Source: Bacteroidales bacterium (GTDB lineage Bacteria > Bacteroidota > Bacteroidia > Bacteroidales > Paludibacteraceae). From it: a stretch of 64,000 nucleotides of DNA. Of this stretch, positions 41,985 to 50,609 are shown piece after piece (position 1 is the first letter of the stretch; each line of letters begins with the position of its first letter). The notes below the pieces were generated by a model. That model had not been told where the DNA came from. It did not search any database and worked only from the letters and a program-made list of their open reading frames with translations. The translations under genes and the position numbers were made by a program. The stretch covers positions 4,082 to 68,081 of the forward strand of contig JAATGT010000033.1 in NCBI GenBank assembly GCA_015654525.1. Direction: 5' to 3'.

Positions 41985-43094
41985 TTATTTTTTCTTTCTT
42001 TTCTTCCACCAGATGATAAAACCTGTTATAGGAAAACTGGCTATACACAAGCTCATCAAAAATGCAAATATCTTGCCGGGCAAACCCAGTATGGCTCCGG
42101 TGTGGATTTCGTAGTTCATGCGGAAAAGCTTGTCGGCAAAACCGGCATCGGCATATCTCCCGTAGATATTCTTCATGCTGACTTCTTTTAGGTTATGCTG
42201 GTCGAAGTAACGGTAATCGGTTTTCCAGTATTTCCCATCGTGCTGAGTGGCATTGGCAGCAATGGCAGTGCTGTCGGTATGCGGCGGATGCACTTCGATG
42301 GAGCCCGCGGAGGGGTATTCCCGTTGCATTAGTATCCAAACCCGATCAATGGGTTTTTCGGGGTGTTGTGTTGAATCGGGAGTGTGTTTGTATGGACTTA
42401 CATCGGAGTAAGCAAGTGATTTTTCGCCTCCCATCGCTTTATAATACGATTGGGCAAACCATTGAAATCCCCAAACCAAGCCGGTGATGGCAAAGATAAG
42501 AGCAAAAACAGTAACGTATAATCCTCCTATCACGTGCAGGTCGAAGTTGATGCGCGGCCATTTTGTGCCTTTTTTCCATCGAAACCATACGCGGTTTTTG
42601 AGGACATTTCGATTTTTGGGAATCCAGATCACCAGACCTGTAAGTAGTACCAACGCAAATGCCAGTGTGGCTGATGCCACCAGCGGATGACCTATTTGTG
42701 GTGGTAGCCACAAATAAAAGTGTCCCTGCATGATGAACCGGAAGAAATCCTTATTCATATCTTTCACCTTTTGTACTTGCCCGCTGTACGGATTCAGATA
42801 AACGATAAAGTAATAGCTTGGATTATAACCATAGAAAATGGCTTCGGCAGCTTTCGCCTTACCATTATACTTTACGGCATGAAGTTCTTTGCCCGGCAAT
42901 AATTTTTTGGCGGTTTCGCCCAATTGCGTGGGAAGCATAAAACTTTTATTTTGCTCCGTCACATAGTGATACTTGCCTATGCCGGTTATTTCGTCCTGAA
43001 AAGCATACAATGCCCCGGTAGTGGCTATTATAAAGACCAAAAGCCCGGACACCAGTCCAAGCCAAAGATGAATTTGATGGAATATCTTTTTCAT
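41985..43094 (-). CDS. PepSY-associated TM helix protein (iron-uptake associated)
   Basis: HLWLGL, NPYSG, H.YLWL, FDLH, EIHTG, ITGFIIWW. Start moved to MKKIFHQ. Confidence 0.88.
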   Translation of the reverse strand: MKKIFHQIHLWLGLVSGLLVFIIATTGALYAFQDEITGIGKYHYVTEQNKSFMLPTQLGETAKKLLPGKELHAVKYNGKAKAAEAIFYGYNPSYYFIVYLNPYSGQVQKVKDMNKDFFRFIMQGHFYLWLPPQIGHPLVASATLAFALVLLTGLVIWIPKNRNVLKNRVWFRWKKGTKWPRINFDLHVIGGLYVTVFALIFAITGLVWGFQWFAQSYYKAMGGEKSLAYSDVSPYKHTPDSTQHPEKPIDRVWILMQREYPSAGSIEVHPPHTDSTAIAANATQHDGKYWKTDYRYFDQHNLKEVSMKNIYGRYADAGFADKLFRMNYEIHTGAILGLPGKIFAFLMSLCIASFPITGFIIWWKKRKKK

Positions 43095-43173
43095 TAGGGA
43101 AAAATTAATTGATTTAATCACCGTAAATCCCACAATCTCTCCTGATTTGTCGGAAGGGATTGTGGGTGTTTTT

Positions 43174-45507
43174 TTAGAATTTATAGGTAATATTCAGCCT
43201 TGAATTAATCAGTGGCTCCGATTGCCATTCATAAAATCCTCCATAACTATAGTAAGCTCCAGTGTATAAATATTTGCTGGTAATATTGTTTACATTCAGA
43301 GCAATGGTAAACTTATTCACCTGATATGATACTGCACCGTCGAGCCTGAAATAATCGGGTAAATTTTGTTGAGTACCGTCGAACACATACCACGAAGTAC
43401 GTCCACCCTGATATTGTGCTCCAAGCGACATCCCGAATCCTTTCAATAGCTTATCCGTAAAACGATACGTCAACCAGGTATTGGCAATGTGTGAACTTAT
43501 TCCCGGAATAGTGATATCCACTTTTGCCGGATCAGTGTCTTTGGTTACAACGCCATCGGTATATGCATAGTTTGCAGTCAGGTTTAGGTTGTCGGTAAGT
43601 TGTCCGCGGAGGTCGAATTCAATTCCTTTTGTTTGGGTCTGCCCCAGTTGGATAGAAAAATTTATGTTGGCAGGGTCGGATGTTAATACATTATTCTTGG
43701 TAATTTGATAAAGTGACAACGAAGTTACCCAATTTCCGCCAAACCATTCGCGCTTGATGCCTATTTCCATATTGTTTCCGGTGATGGGTTTAAAACTGTT
43801 TCCTTTGATATCGGCGCCAGCCTGAGGAACGAAAGCCTCATCGTAGACTCCGTATGCCGAGGTATTTTTATCAATTGAATAGCTTAATCCGAAACGGGGT
43901 GTAAACTTCGAGGCTTCCACGCTGCCGGAATACGGATCGAGGTCGGTGGCAGTGGTATAACGACCTGCCAAAGTCAGGCGCAATTTGTCGTTGAACATGG
44001 CTATTTCATCTTGAGCATAATATCCCACGTAGGATTGACGATAATGTACTCCGCGTTGTTCCAAACTGAGTGTGCGATTAAATACCGGATATGCCGAAGC
44101 TGCTATTTGTCCGTAAACAGGATTGTATACATTCAGTCCTTTCAGTGCTCCACTCTGTCCGAAGTCATGATAGAAGGATTTATCTCCCATATCGATGCCT
44201 GTGAGGATGCGATGGCGGAGAAATCCTGTTTGAATATCACCATTGATAAAAAACTGTCCTACTTTACTTTCTCCCTGATAATCCCAGATGGACATAGCAC
44301 GATACAAGGTATCTTTATTGGCCGAGAAACCGGTTGGCCATATGCTTTGTCCTATTTGCTTTGAGTTTATGTAGGCAATTTGTCCGGTGAACTTCCAATT
44401 GTTGTCGAGTTGATGAACCAGGGTCAGAAAGGCTGAATTTTCTGTTAGGGTAGTGGTTGGCATATTGCCTTCAGCTGTTGTAAAATCCACGGGAAGATCG
44501 GCATATCCTTTGGCTGAAAATGAATAGTTGGATCCGATCATTGACATGGTGTTTTTCTGATGTGTGTATTCGGCGGTAATGGAAGTCCGGTCATCGAACT
44601 GGTACTTGATAACGGGGGCAACGGAGATGCGGTTGCTGAATTCATTGTCGCGTTGCGAGCCCTTCGATTGTCCGAGCACATTCAACCGGTAGAGTAATTT
44701 TCCGGTTTTATCCAGTTTTCCATCCAAATCCAAAGTGGCGCGGTATGTGTCAAAGCTACCTACAGTCATTCCTACCTCACCTTTGGTAATTCCGGTTGGC
44801 TTTTTGGTTACCACATTGTAAAAACCACTTGGTTCGCCGTTGGATAGCATAAATCCAGCAGGGCCTTTTACAAATTCTATGCGTTCTACCATACTCATAT
44901 CCTCAGGCTGAGGACTCCATAGCATGGTTACGTTCATCCCGTTGCGGTAAGCCGCTATTTGTGACCCGCGCATGTAAATCAGGGCATAATTATCCCAGTG
45001 TTCCATTCGGCGTGCGCCACTCACATTGCGTGTTACGCCTTCGAGCATGTCAAATATCTGTTGATCCTGAAGAATCTGTTTGGTAACAATCTGAATATTC
45101 TGCGGAACTTCGAGCAATGGTGTTTTGAGCCGGAGCGATACTGATGGATAATCGGCCACGTACTTACTTGGATTAGCTGTAACTACTACCTCTGTGAGTT
45201 CTTTACTGTTTTCGGAGAGTACATAGTTTATTTTTATCGTTTTTCCGGCTTCTACCACCACACTTTTACTTTGTGTGGCAAGTCCTACAAACGAAGCAAC
45301 CAGATTGTGTGTTCCGGCTTTGACGCCTTCGATAATGAAGGTCCCTTGCTCACCGACAATAGCACCCTTTTGTGTACCGGTAACAATCATATTTACAAAC
45401 TCGGCAGGCTTCCCATCTTTGGTCATCACTGAGCCTTCTATATTTCCTGTTTGAGCAATAGCATGAGTTGTAATAAACAACAACGCGAAAAGTAATAATT
45501 TTTGCAT
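43174..45507 (-). CDS. TonB-dependent siderophore-type receptor
   Basis: Carboxypeptidase-regulatory-like N-domain, PQNIQIV, ERIEFVKGPA, NVVTKKP, C-terminal YKF; -7 box TACTTTTG at 45538-45545. Confidence 0.92.
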   Translation of the reverse strand: MQKLLLFALLFITTHAIAQTGNIEGSVMTKDGKPAEFVNMIVTGTQKGAIVGEQGTFIIEGVKAGTHNLVASFVGLATQSKSVVVEAGKTIKINYVLSENSKELTEVVVTANPSKYVADYPSVSLRLKTPLLEVPQNIQIVTKQILQDQQIFDMLEGVTRNVSGARRMEHWDNYALIYMRGSQIAAYRNGMNVTMLWSPQPEDMSMVERIEFVKGPAGFMLSNGEPSGFYNVVTKKPTGITKGEVGMTVGSFDTYRATLDLDGKLDKTGKLLYRLNVLGQSKGSQRDNEFSNRISVAPVIKYQFDDRTSITAEYTHQKNTMSMIGSNYSFSAKGYADLPVDFTTAEGNMPTTTLTENSAFLTLVHQLDNNWKFTGQIAYINSKQIGQSIWPTGFSANKDTLYRAMSIWDYQGESKVGQFFINGDIQTGFLRHRILTGIDMGDKSFYHDFGQSGALKGLNVYNPVYGQIAASAYPVFNRTLSLEQRGVHYRQSYVGYYAQDEIAMFNDKLRLTLAGRYTTATDLDPYSGSVEASKFTPRFGLSYSIDKNTSAYGVYDEAFVPQAGADIKGNSFKPITGNNMEIGIKREWFGGNWVTSLSLYQITKNNVLTSDPANINFSIQLGQTQTKGIEFDLRGQLTDNLNLTANYAYTDGVVTKDTDPAKVDITIPGISSHIANTWLTYRFTDKLLKGFGMSLGAQYQGGRTSWYVFDGTQQNLPDYFRLDGAVSYQVNKFTIALNVNNITSKYLYTGAYYSYGGFYEWQSEPLINSRLNITYKF

Positions 45508-45656
45508 ACCTATTATTTATAAGTTATTAATTGGCTGCAAAAGTAGTGTTCGGTAGAGCAGGGGGCAATACCTATTTGTGGGGGTTTTGTGTGTAGAAAT
45601 TCATTAGTTTTTGTGTTAACTGATGATTTTTTTTGATATTTAACGGGAAATATAAC

Positions 45657-45693
45657 AGAAACAGACCAATCCTATAAGAATTGGTCTGTTTCT
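45657..45693. terminator. Stem-loop/terminator downstream of the DUF6261-like gene
   Basis: AGAAACAGACCAAT...ATTGGTCTGTTTCT, a perfect 14-bp inverted repeat. Confidence 0.75.
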
Positions 45694-45707
45694 TTCAGTT
45701 TTGTTTT

Positions 45708-46448
45708 TTAATTTTTCTTTTCTTCTTCGTCCGGTTTGTCCTTCGACTTCGATATCAATGCATGGGTTTTTATTCGCAGCTCATTCATATTGGTAAATAG
45801 TTCCAACGTTTCTTCGGTAGGCATCAGGTTGACTGTTTCCTCTATTACCGAGCAACAGCTGATGTAACTTTCACTCGCAGCGGGGCGCAAATCCGTTCCC
45901 GAACTGCCACGGCGTTCGCCGATTTCGGCAATACGAGCCAGATAATTCGACGATAAAGAAGTATTATTCGTTTTTAGTTCGCCCATCGGAGTGTTTAGCC
46001 CCAGTAATGTTCCTTTTGTAACGATGGTTGCGTCAGCTTCATATTTTTCTATCATTTCGGACGTATCTTTTATCTGATTGCCCAGTGGACGATCGGATAA
46101 ATCCCAATAAGGTTTATAAAAGTAATTGAGATCGGTGGCGGCGGCTTTACGCTCTGCAATTCGTGATTTCATTTCGAAAGTAACTGTACGTTTTACTTCG
46201 GACATCAGACTATTGTTTTGGATGCGCCCGACATTGATTGATGGCGTGTAGGGGCTTTCGCGCAGGCGGTTAATCTGGGTGATAAATGGTCTGGATTTGG
46301 TTTCCATCGAGTCGAGTGCCAGTTTTACCAGTTCGGAAACTTTACTTTTTACGGGTTCGCCTACGTTAAGTGTCCATTCAAATAAGTTGGCTGCATCATC
46401 ATTTTGTACGCGAGCGATGTTTAGCGAGAAAAATTTTAATTTTTTCAT
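45708..46448 (-). CDS. DUF6261-like alpha-helical protein
   Basis: 246 aa, no signal peptide. Pattern R..N, S.YT..I, AA..L, LGL....EL...N......Y..R and a charged tail recalls DUF6261 (recognised by eye). Confidence 0.65.
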   Translation of the reverse strand: MKKLKFFSLNIARVQNDDAANLFEWTLNVGEPVKSKVSELVKLALDSMETKSRPFITQINRLRESPYTPSINVGRIQNNSLMSEVKRTVTFEMKSRIAERKAAATDLNYFYKPYWDLSDRPLGNQIKDTSEMIEKYEADATIVTKGTLLGLNTPMGELKTNNTSLSSNYLARIAEIGERRGSSGTDLRPAASESYISCCSVIEETVNLMPTEETLELFTNMNELRIKTHALISKSKDKPDEEEKKN

Positions 46449-46512
46449 GTTTTGTTGTTTTTAATTTGTTTGTGTATTAATTATTTGGTTTTAAACCTAA
46501 TGAAGTTTCCTT

Positions 46513-46734
46513 AAATCTTAAATACTGAGTATATTTTACCTCCCGAATACAAAAAATGAAATCTACCGGGTATATTTAACCACCACACAGCCAAAAATAA
46601 AATCTACCCAGTGTTTTTAACTATTATGCTTGCTGAAATAAAATCTACCCGGTATATTTTTACTAACAAGTATCGAAATCAAAATTTACTCAGTACATTT
46701 TGCAAATTGCTTGGCAAAATCAAAATCTACCCGA
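46513..46734. repeat. Six-unit tandem array, exact 41-bp period, with a dyad core
   Basis: Core TAC at 46523, 46564, 46605, 46646, 46687, 46728. Consensus AAATnAAATCTAC-N3-GTATATTT plus about 14-16 variable nt. Confidence 0.9.
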
Positions 46735-46881
46735 TCTTTATTTTATTAGTATTAGAACTATCTTATTTTAGTTCGTATTTAATCTAAAAATGACAATAAG
46801 TACATTTAAACCTAAATTATTTAGTGTTGCTGCTATTTGTTTGTTTTGTATTGAATATATGCTATAGCTGACAATTACGAT

Positions 46882-46949
46882 GCGAATATAAAAATTGTTT
46901 TTTTTTATTGCAGGTCAAATCGTAAAAATAAAGGGTCAAATCGTAAAAA
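46882..46949 (-). promoter_or_regulatory. Putative promoter of the DUF6261-like gene: TATATTCG -7-like box and a 16-bp direct repeat
   Basis: GGTCAAATCGTAAAAA at 46913 and 46934 (21-bp period), just upstream of a near-consensus -7 box at 46883-46890. Confidence 0.55.
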
Positions 46950-47014
46950 ATTGATCATTATGATTATCTATCATTTCAACTAATCAAAAAATGATACCAC
47001 AAAAGGCGCAAAAA

Positions 47015-47175
47015 GAGGCTGTCTCAAAAGTCTTTTTGGAACGCAAATGACGCAAAATGCGCAAATTAATGCAATCTTATTAAATTGAAATTCAACAAAT
47101 AACATTCTACTTTACAAATCTTATTTGCGAAAATTTGTGTTGTTTGCGTTATTTGCGTGCTTTTGATACAACCCC
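47015..47175. mobile_element. MITE-like non-autonomous element (161 bp)
   Basis: Terminal IRs GAGGCTGTCTCAAAAG / CTTTTGATACAACCCC (13/16); internal IR ACGCAAATGACGCAAA / TTTGCGTTATTTGCGT; no credible ORF. Confidence 0.65.
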
Positions 47176-47454
47176 TTCGGGTAACAAAGCGGATATTCAT
47201 ATTAATCTTTTAGTGCAATCCCGAATAAAATCATCTTTGGAGGTGATTGAAAACCTTACTTTCTGTCTGATGGAAATGCCATTTCGTGGGTCGGATCCTC
47301 CTGACTGTCGAAATTAGAGAATGTTAGCTCTTCTCTGATGAAAAAGTTCCATACATTTGCTGTTGGTAATTCTTGTGCAGGTCGGCAGTTCTCTGAGCAT
47401 GTGACTCTCCGCAGGAGCTTACTTTTATTCAATATTCAATAAAAGAATGATAAG

Positions 47455-48903
47455 ATGAAACAAAACAAATTTAGGGTATCCCTGCTTTTTACGGCAGCTT
47501 TTGTATTAATCTTTGCTACGGCCTGCCATACGGCCCAAAAGGTGAGTAAACCATCCGCCGACGATCAGTTTGTCGCCGGTCCTCCGCCGGATGGAACACC
47601 TTCCGGTCCTCCGCCCAATGGTATGCCTCCGGGTCCTCCTCCGGGCGGTAAAAAACCCAATGGAATGCCTCCCGGCGGTGGAATGGGGCAAAAATTTGAT
47701 GTGAGCACCATTCTGGCTACTCTTTTGGTGAAAGAAGGAACGCAAAGTAAGAGCAACGAAACGATTACGGCTGCCAATACCAACCAATCGGCTGTGGTCA
47801 CTTTTGGCAATGCAGTGCTGATGCTCGACCGGAACATAATTTCGACCACCGGACGGTCATCGTCGTCGGACAACAGCAGTTTTCAGGGTTTAAATGCCAT
47901 TGTGCTGAGTCGCGATCAAAGTAAAATTAATATGTCAGGCAATAAACTCACATCGAGTGGGGCAGGAGCCAATGTCGTGTTTGCTTATGGCAAAAGCTCG
48001 ATTTCATCGGAACATGACGTGATAAACTGTACAGGGCCTTATGCGCATGGCTTGATGGCCAGCGGAGGTGGAACTATTGTAGCTTCGGATGTAAACGTTC
48101 ATACCGAAGGAGCCAACTCGGGAGCCGTAGCGACTGATCGTGGTAGCGGTATTATTACGGTGAATAGGGGAAAAATATCAACTACGGGGATGGATTCACC
48201 TGCGCTGTATTCTACGGGTAAAATCACCGTGTCGGATGCCGAGCTAAGTGCTACCGGAGCCGAAATGGCCGTGATCGAAGGGTCTAATTCCATCGCGTTG
48301 AAGCGTTCCAATATGTCGTCTACCAAGCCCGGTAAATGGGGTGTGATGATTTACCAGAGCTTTTCGGGCGATGCCGAAGGGGTAGACGGAAACTTCAGTA
48401 TGGAAGATGGATCATTGTCGTATACCGATGCCCGGGGACCGTTGTTTTTTGTGACCAACTCGGTGGCTAATATTCATCTGAAAAATGTGGAGGTAACAGC
48501 TCCCTCGGGCATACTGCTAAAAGCAACGGCCGGTAGATGGGGGCACAAAGGCAGTAATGGTGGAAAAGCAAATCTTACCGTCGAATCGCAAACATTAAAT
48601 GGTAGTCTGGTGGCCGATAGCCTGAGTACTATTTCGCTTTCGCTGCTCGGAAACTCCGTTTTCACCGGAAGTATTAATGCCGATTGTCAGGCACACAAGG
48701 CATCGCTCAACCTGGACGGAACAAGTAGCTGGGCACTTACTGCCGATTCGTATGTCAATGTTATAAATGCCGACATTTCGGGCGATGCGGTGATGAATAT
48801 TATTGGCAATGGGCATACGGTGTATTACAAACAGGCAGAAAACAAACGACTGGACGGTAAGACCTACACATTGAAACAAGGCGGAACACTGAAGCCGGAG
48901 TAA
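47455..48903 (+). CDS. Pro-rich lipoprotein with predicted beta-helix (pectin-lyase/autotransporter-like) domain
   Basis: Lipobox ATAC, GPPP repeats, Gly/Ser/Thr-rich beta repeats (ATDRGSG, LYSTG, VIEGSN, MIYQSFSGD); -7 box TACATTTG at 47352-47359. Confidence 0.7.
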   Translation: MKQNKFRVSLLFTAAFVLIFATACHTAQKVSKPSADDQFVAGPPPDGTPSGPPPNGMPPGPPPGGKKPNGMPPGGGMGQKFDVSTILATLLVKEGTQSKSNETITAANTNQSAVVTFGNAVLMLDRNIISTTGRSSSSDNSSFQGLNAIVLSRDQSKINMSGNKLTSSGAGANVVFAYGKSSISSEHDVINCTGPYAHGLMASGGGTIVASDVNVHTEGANSGAVATDRGSGIITVNRGKISTTGMDSPALYSTGKITVSDAELSATGAEMAVIEGSNSIALKRSNMSSTKPGKWGVMIYQSFSGDAEGVDGNFSMEDGSLSYTDARGPLFFVTNSVANIHLKNVEVTAPSGILLKATAGRWGHKGSNGGKANLTVESQTLNGSLVADSLSTISLSLLGNSVFTGSINADCQAHKASLNLDGTSSWALTADSYVNVINADISGDAVMNIIGNGHTVYYKQAENKRLDGKTYTLKQGGTLKPE

Positions 48904-48948
48904 AATGGAATAAAATAAGGTTAGATTAGATTGTGTTTTAGGTTAGAT

Positions 48949-48981
48949 AAAGCAACATGTCTTGCGGGGCATGTTGCTTTT
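48949..48981 (+). terminator. Intrinsic terminator
   Basis: AAAGCAACATGTC...GGCATGTTGCTTTT. Confidence 0.8.
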
Positions 48982-49015
48982 AAGCGCGTGAAGCGATGAA
49001 AGCTCATTCTTAACT

Positions 49016-49114
49016 GCTCCCAACCCCCTAAAGGGGGCTGCCGAAGCGCGATATGCGCGAAAAAAAAATCAATATTTTTACACGGCTAAAGTCCCCTTTA
49101 GGCGATTTAGGGGC
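49016..49114. repeat. Degenerate REP-like element (CCCCTAAAGGGG cores)
   Basis: Arms CCCCCTAAAGGGGGCT and AGTCCCCTTTAGGCGATTTAGGGGC are inverted; same style as 24579-24675. Confidence 0.65.
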
Positions 49115-49151
49115 GGATCAAAATAACATAAACTAATTTCGAGCATGCACT

Positions 49152-49303
49152 TAATGTCGCACCTACGGAGCTTCGTTGCCCTTAAATAGCAATTGAATCT
49201 ACCATACTATCGCCACTCTGTGGCTAAAACAGGTACGTAGTACCGACAGTATGGTAGAAATATATATGCAATCGAATTAATAAGCTCCGTAGGTGCGACA
49301 TTA
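49152..49303. repeat. BIME-like nested palindrome of four REP units
   Basis: Perfect 22-bp outer IR TAATGTCGCACCTACGGAGCTT (49152-49173 / 49282-49303); inner 14/15 IR TCTACCATACTATCG (49198-49212 / 49244-49258). Confidence 0.85.
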
Positions 49304-49402
49304 TTGGTAGATTTCAAGAATTACAAATACGACATTATTTGATTATTATTACTTCTTTGTGGGATACGAATGCCCGAAGAGTTTTAGGCAAATTGAGTAA
49401 CA

Positions 49403-49438
49403 AAAAAGCAGAACTACGCTTCCGTAATTCTGCTTTTT
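49403..49438 (-). terminator. Intrinsic terminator after galM
   Basis: AAAAAGCAGAACTACG-cttc-CGTAATTCTGCTTTTT. Confidence 0.8.
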
Positions 49439-49459
49439 ATATAAGGGTGAACAGGTATT

Positions 49460-50500
49460 TTATTCTACAGAGAATTTATACACGCACCATTCGTCGTATT
49501 TCTGACCGGGACGAAGCACCGGGCTTGGGAAATGCGCTATATTGGCTGAGTTAGGAAAACCTTGCGTCTCGAGGCAAATAGCATCCTGACGGTCGTAGAT
49601 CTTACCTTCTTTGCCGGTTACTTTATCCACCCAGTTTCCGGTATAAATCTGCATTCCGGGTTGTGTGGTCAGTACTTCCATTTTGCGTCCGCTGATGGGT
49701 TCGTAAACGGTTCCTGCTAGCGTACAATCTCCCAGTTGCGGTTTACGCAGGCACCAGTTATTGTCAATTCCCCATCCGGGCACATATACTTCGTCGTCGA
49801 TGCGTTCGCCCACCACAGTTGGTTGGCGGAAATCGAACGGAGTTTCGGCTACGGGACGTATTTCACCGCTCAAAGCAAATGATTCGTCTAACACGGTGTA
49901 GAAATCGGCATTGATTTGCAACAGGTGGTTCTTAATTGTTCCGTTTCCGGCACCTTTCAGGTTGAAGTAAGAGTGATTGGTTAGCCCCACGATAGTAGGT
50001 TTGTCGGTGGTAGCTTCGTAGTGAATCTTCACTTCGTTTTCGTCCGACAAAATGTAGGTAGCAGTCACGGTCAGATTTCCCGGATAACCTTCTTCGCCAT
50101 CGGCCGCAAAAAGTTCCAGAACCAGTTCCTGTTGTGCAACCGATTTTACAGTCCATACCTTCTCGTTGAAGCCATGTACACCACCGTGCAGGGAATTGGT
50201 ACCGTTATTCACCGGAAGTTGATAATCCACCCCATCCAGCGTGAATTTACCATCCTTGATGCGGTTAGCCACCCGGCCGCAAATAGCACCGAAGTAAATT
50301 TCTTTTTCAACCACTTCTTCCAGGGTGTCGAAAGAAAGCACCACATCGTCAAATTTTCCGTTTTTATCCGGAACCATCAGGCGAATAATCTTAGCACCGT
50401 AATTGGTTATATCTACCGATACGCCGTTTTTGTTGAACAAAGTGTAAAGTGATATCGGTTTACCGTTTAATTCGATTTCTAAATCTTTTACTGTTTTCAT
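49460..50500 (-). CDS. galM: Aldose 1-epimerase (galactose mutarotase)
   Basis: GRVANRI, SLHGG, GYPG, TNHSYFNL, CLETQ. Confidence 0.93.
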   Translation of the reverse strand: MKTVKDLEIELNGKPISLYTLFNKNGVSVDITNYGAKIIRLMVPDKNGKFDDVVLSFDTLEEVVEKEIYFGAICGRVANRIKDGKFTLDGVDYQLPVNNGTNSLHGGVHGFNEKVWTVKSVAQQELVLELFAADGEEGYPGNLTVTATYILSDENEVKIHYEATTDKPTIVGLTNHSYFNLKGAGNGTIKNHLLQINADFYTVLDESFALSGEIRPVAETPFDFRQPTVVGERIDDEVYVPGWGIDNNWCLRKPQLGDCTLAGTVYEPISGRKMEVLTTQPGMQIYTGNWVDKVTGKEGKIYDRQDAICLETQGFPNSANIAHFPSPVLRPGQKYDEWCVYKFSVE

Positions 50501-50514
50501 ATTTAGTTTTTTTT

Positions 50515-50598
50515 ACCACAAAAGGCACAAAAGACACACAAAAGAAATATCTCAATAAAAAGAAATAAACTCTTTTGCACTTTTGTGCCTTTTGTGGT
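50515..50598. repeat. REP-like palindrome between galK and galM
   Basis: Perfect 19-bp IR ACCACAAAAGGCACAAAAG / CTTTTGTGCCTTTTGTGGT. Confidence 0.85.
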
Positions 50599-50609
50599 TC
50601 AATAAATTC

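Noticed and set aside
45508-45584. Fur box or G-tract operator upstream of the TonB receptor
   Set aside because: The AT-rich stretch is not convincingly palindromic and the two GGGGG tracts have no second example here; too weak to call.
46513-46734. 41-bp array as a CRISPR array
   Set aside because: Repeats are degenerate, spacers are only about 15 nt, and no cas gene is in the window.
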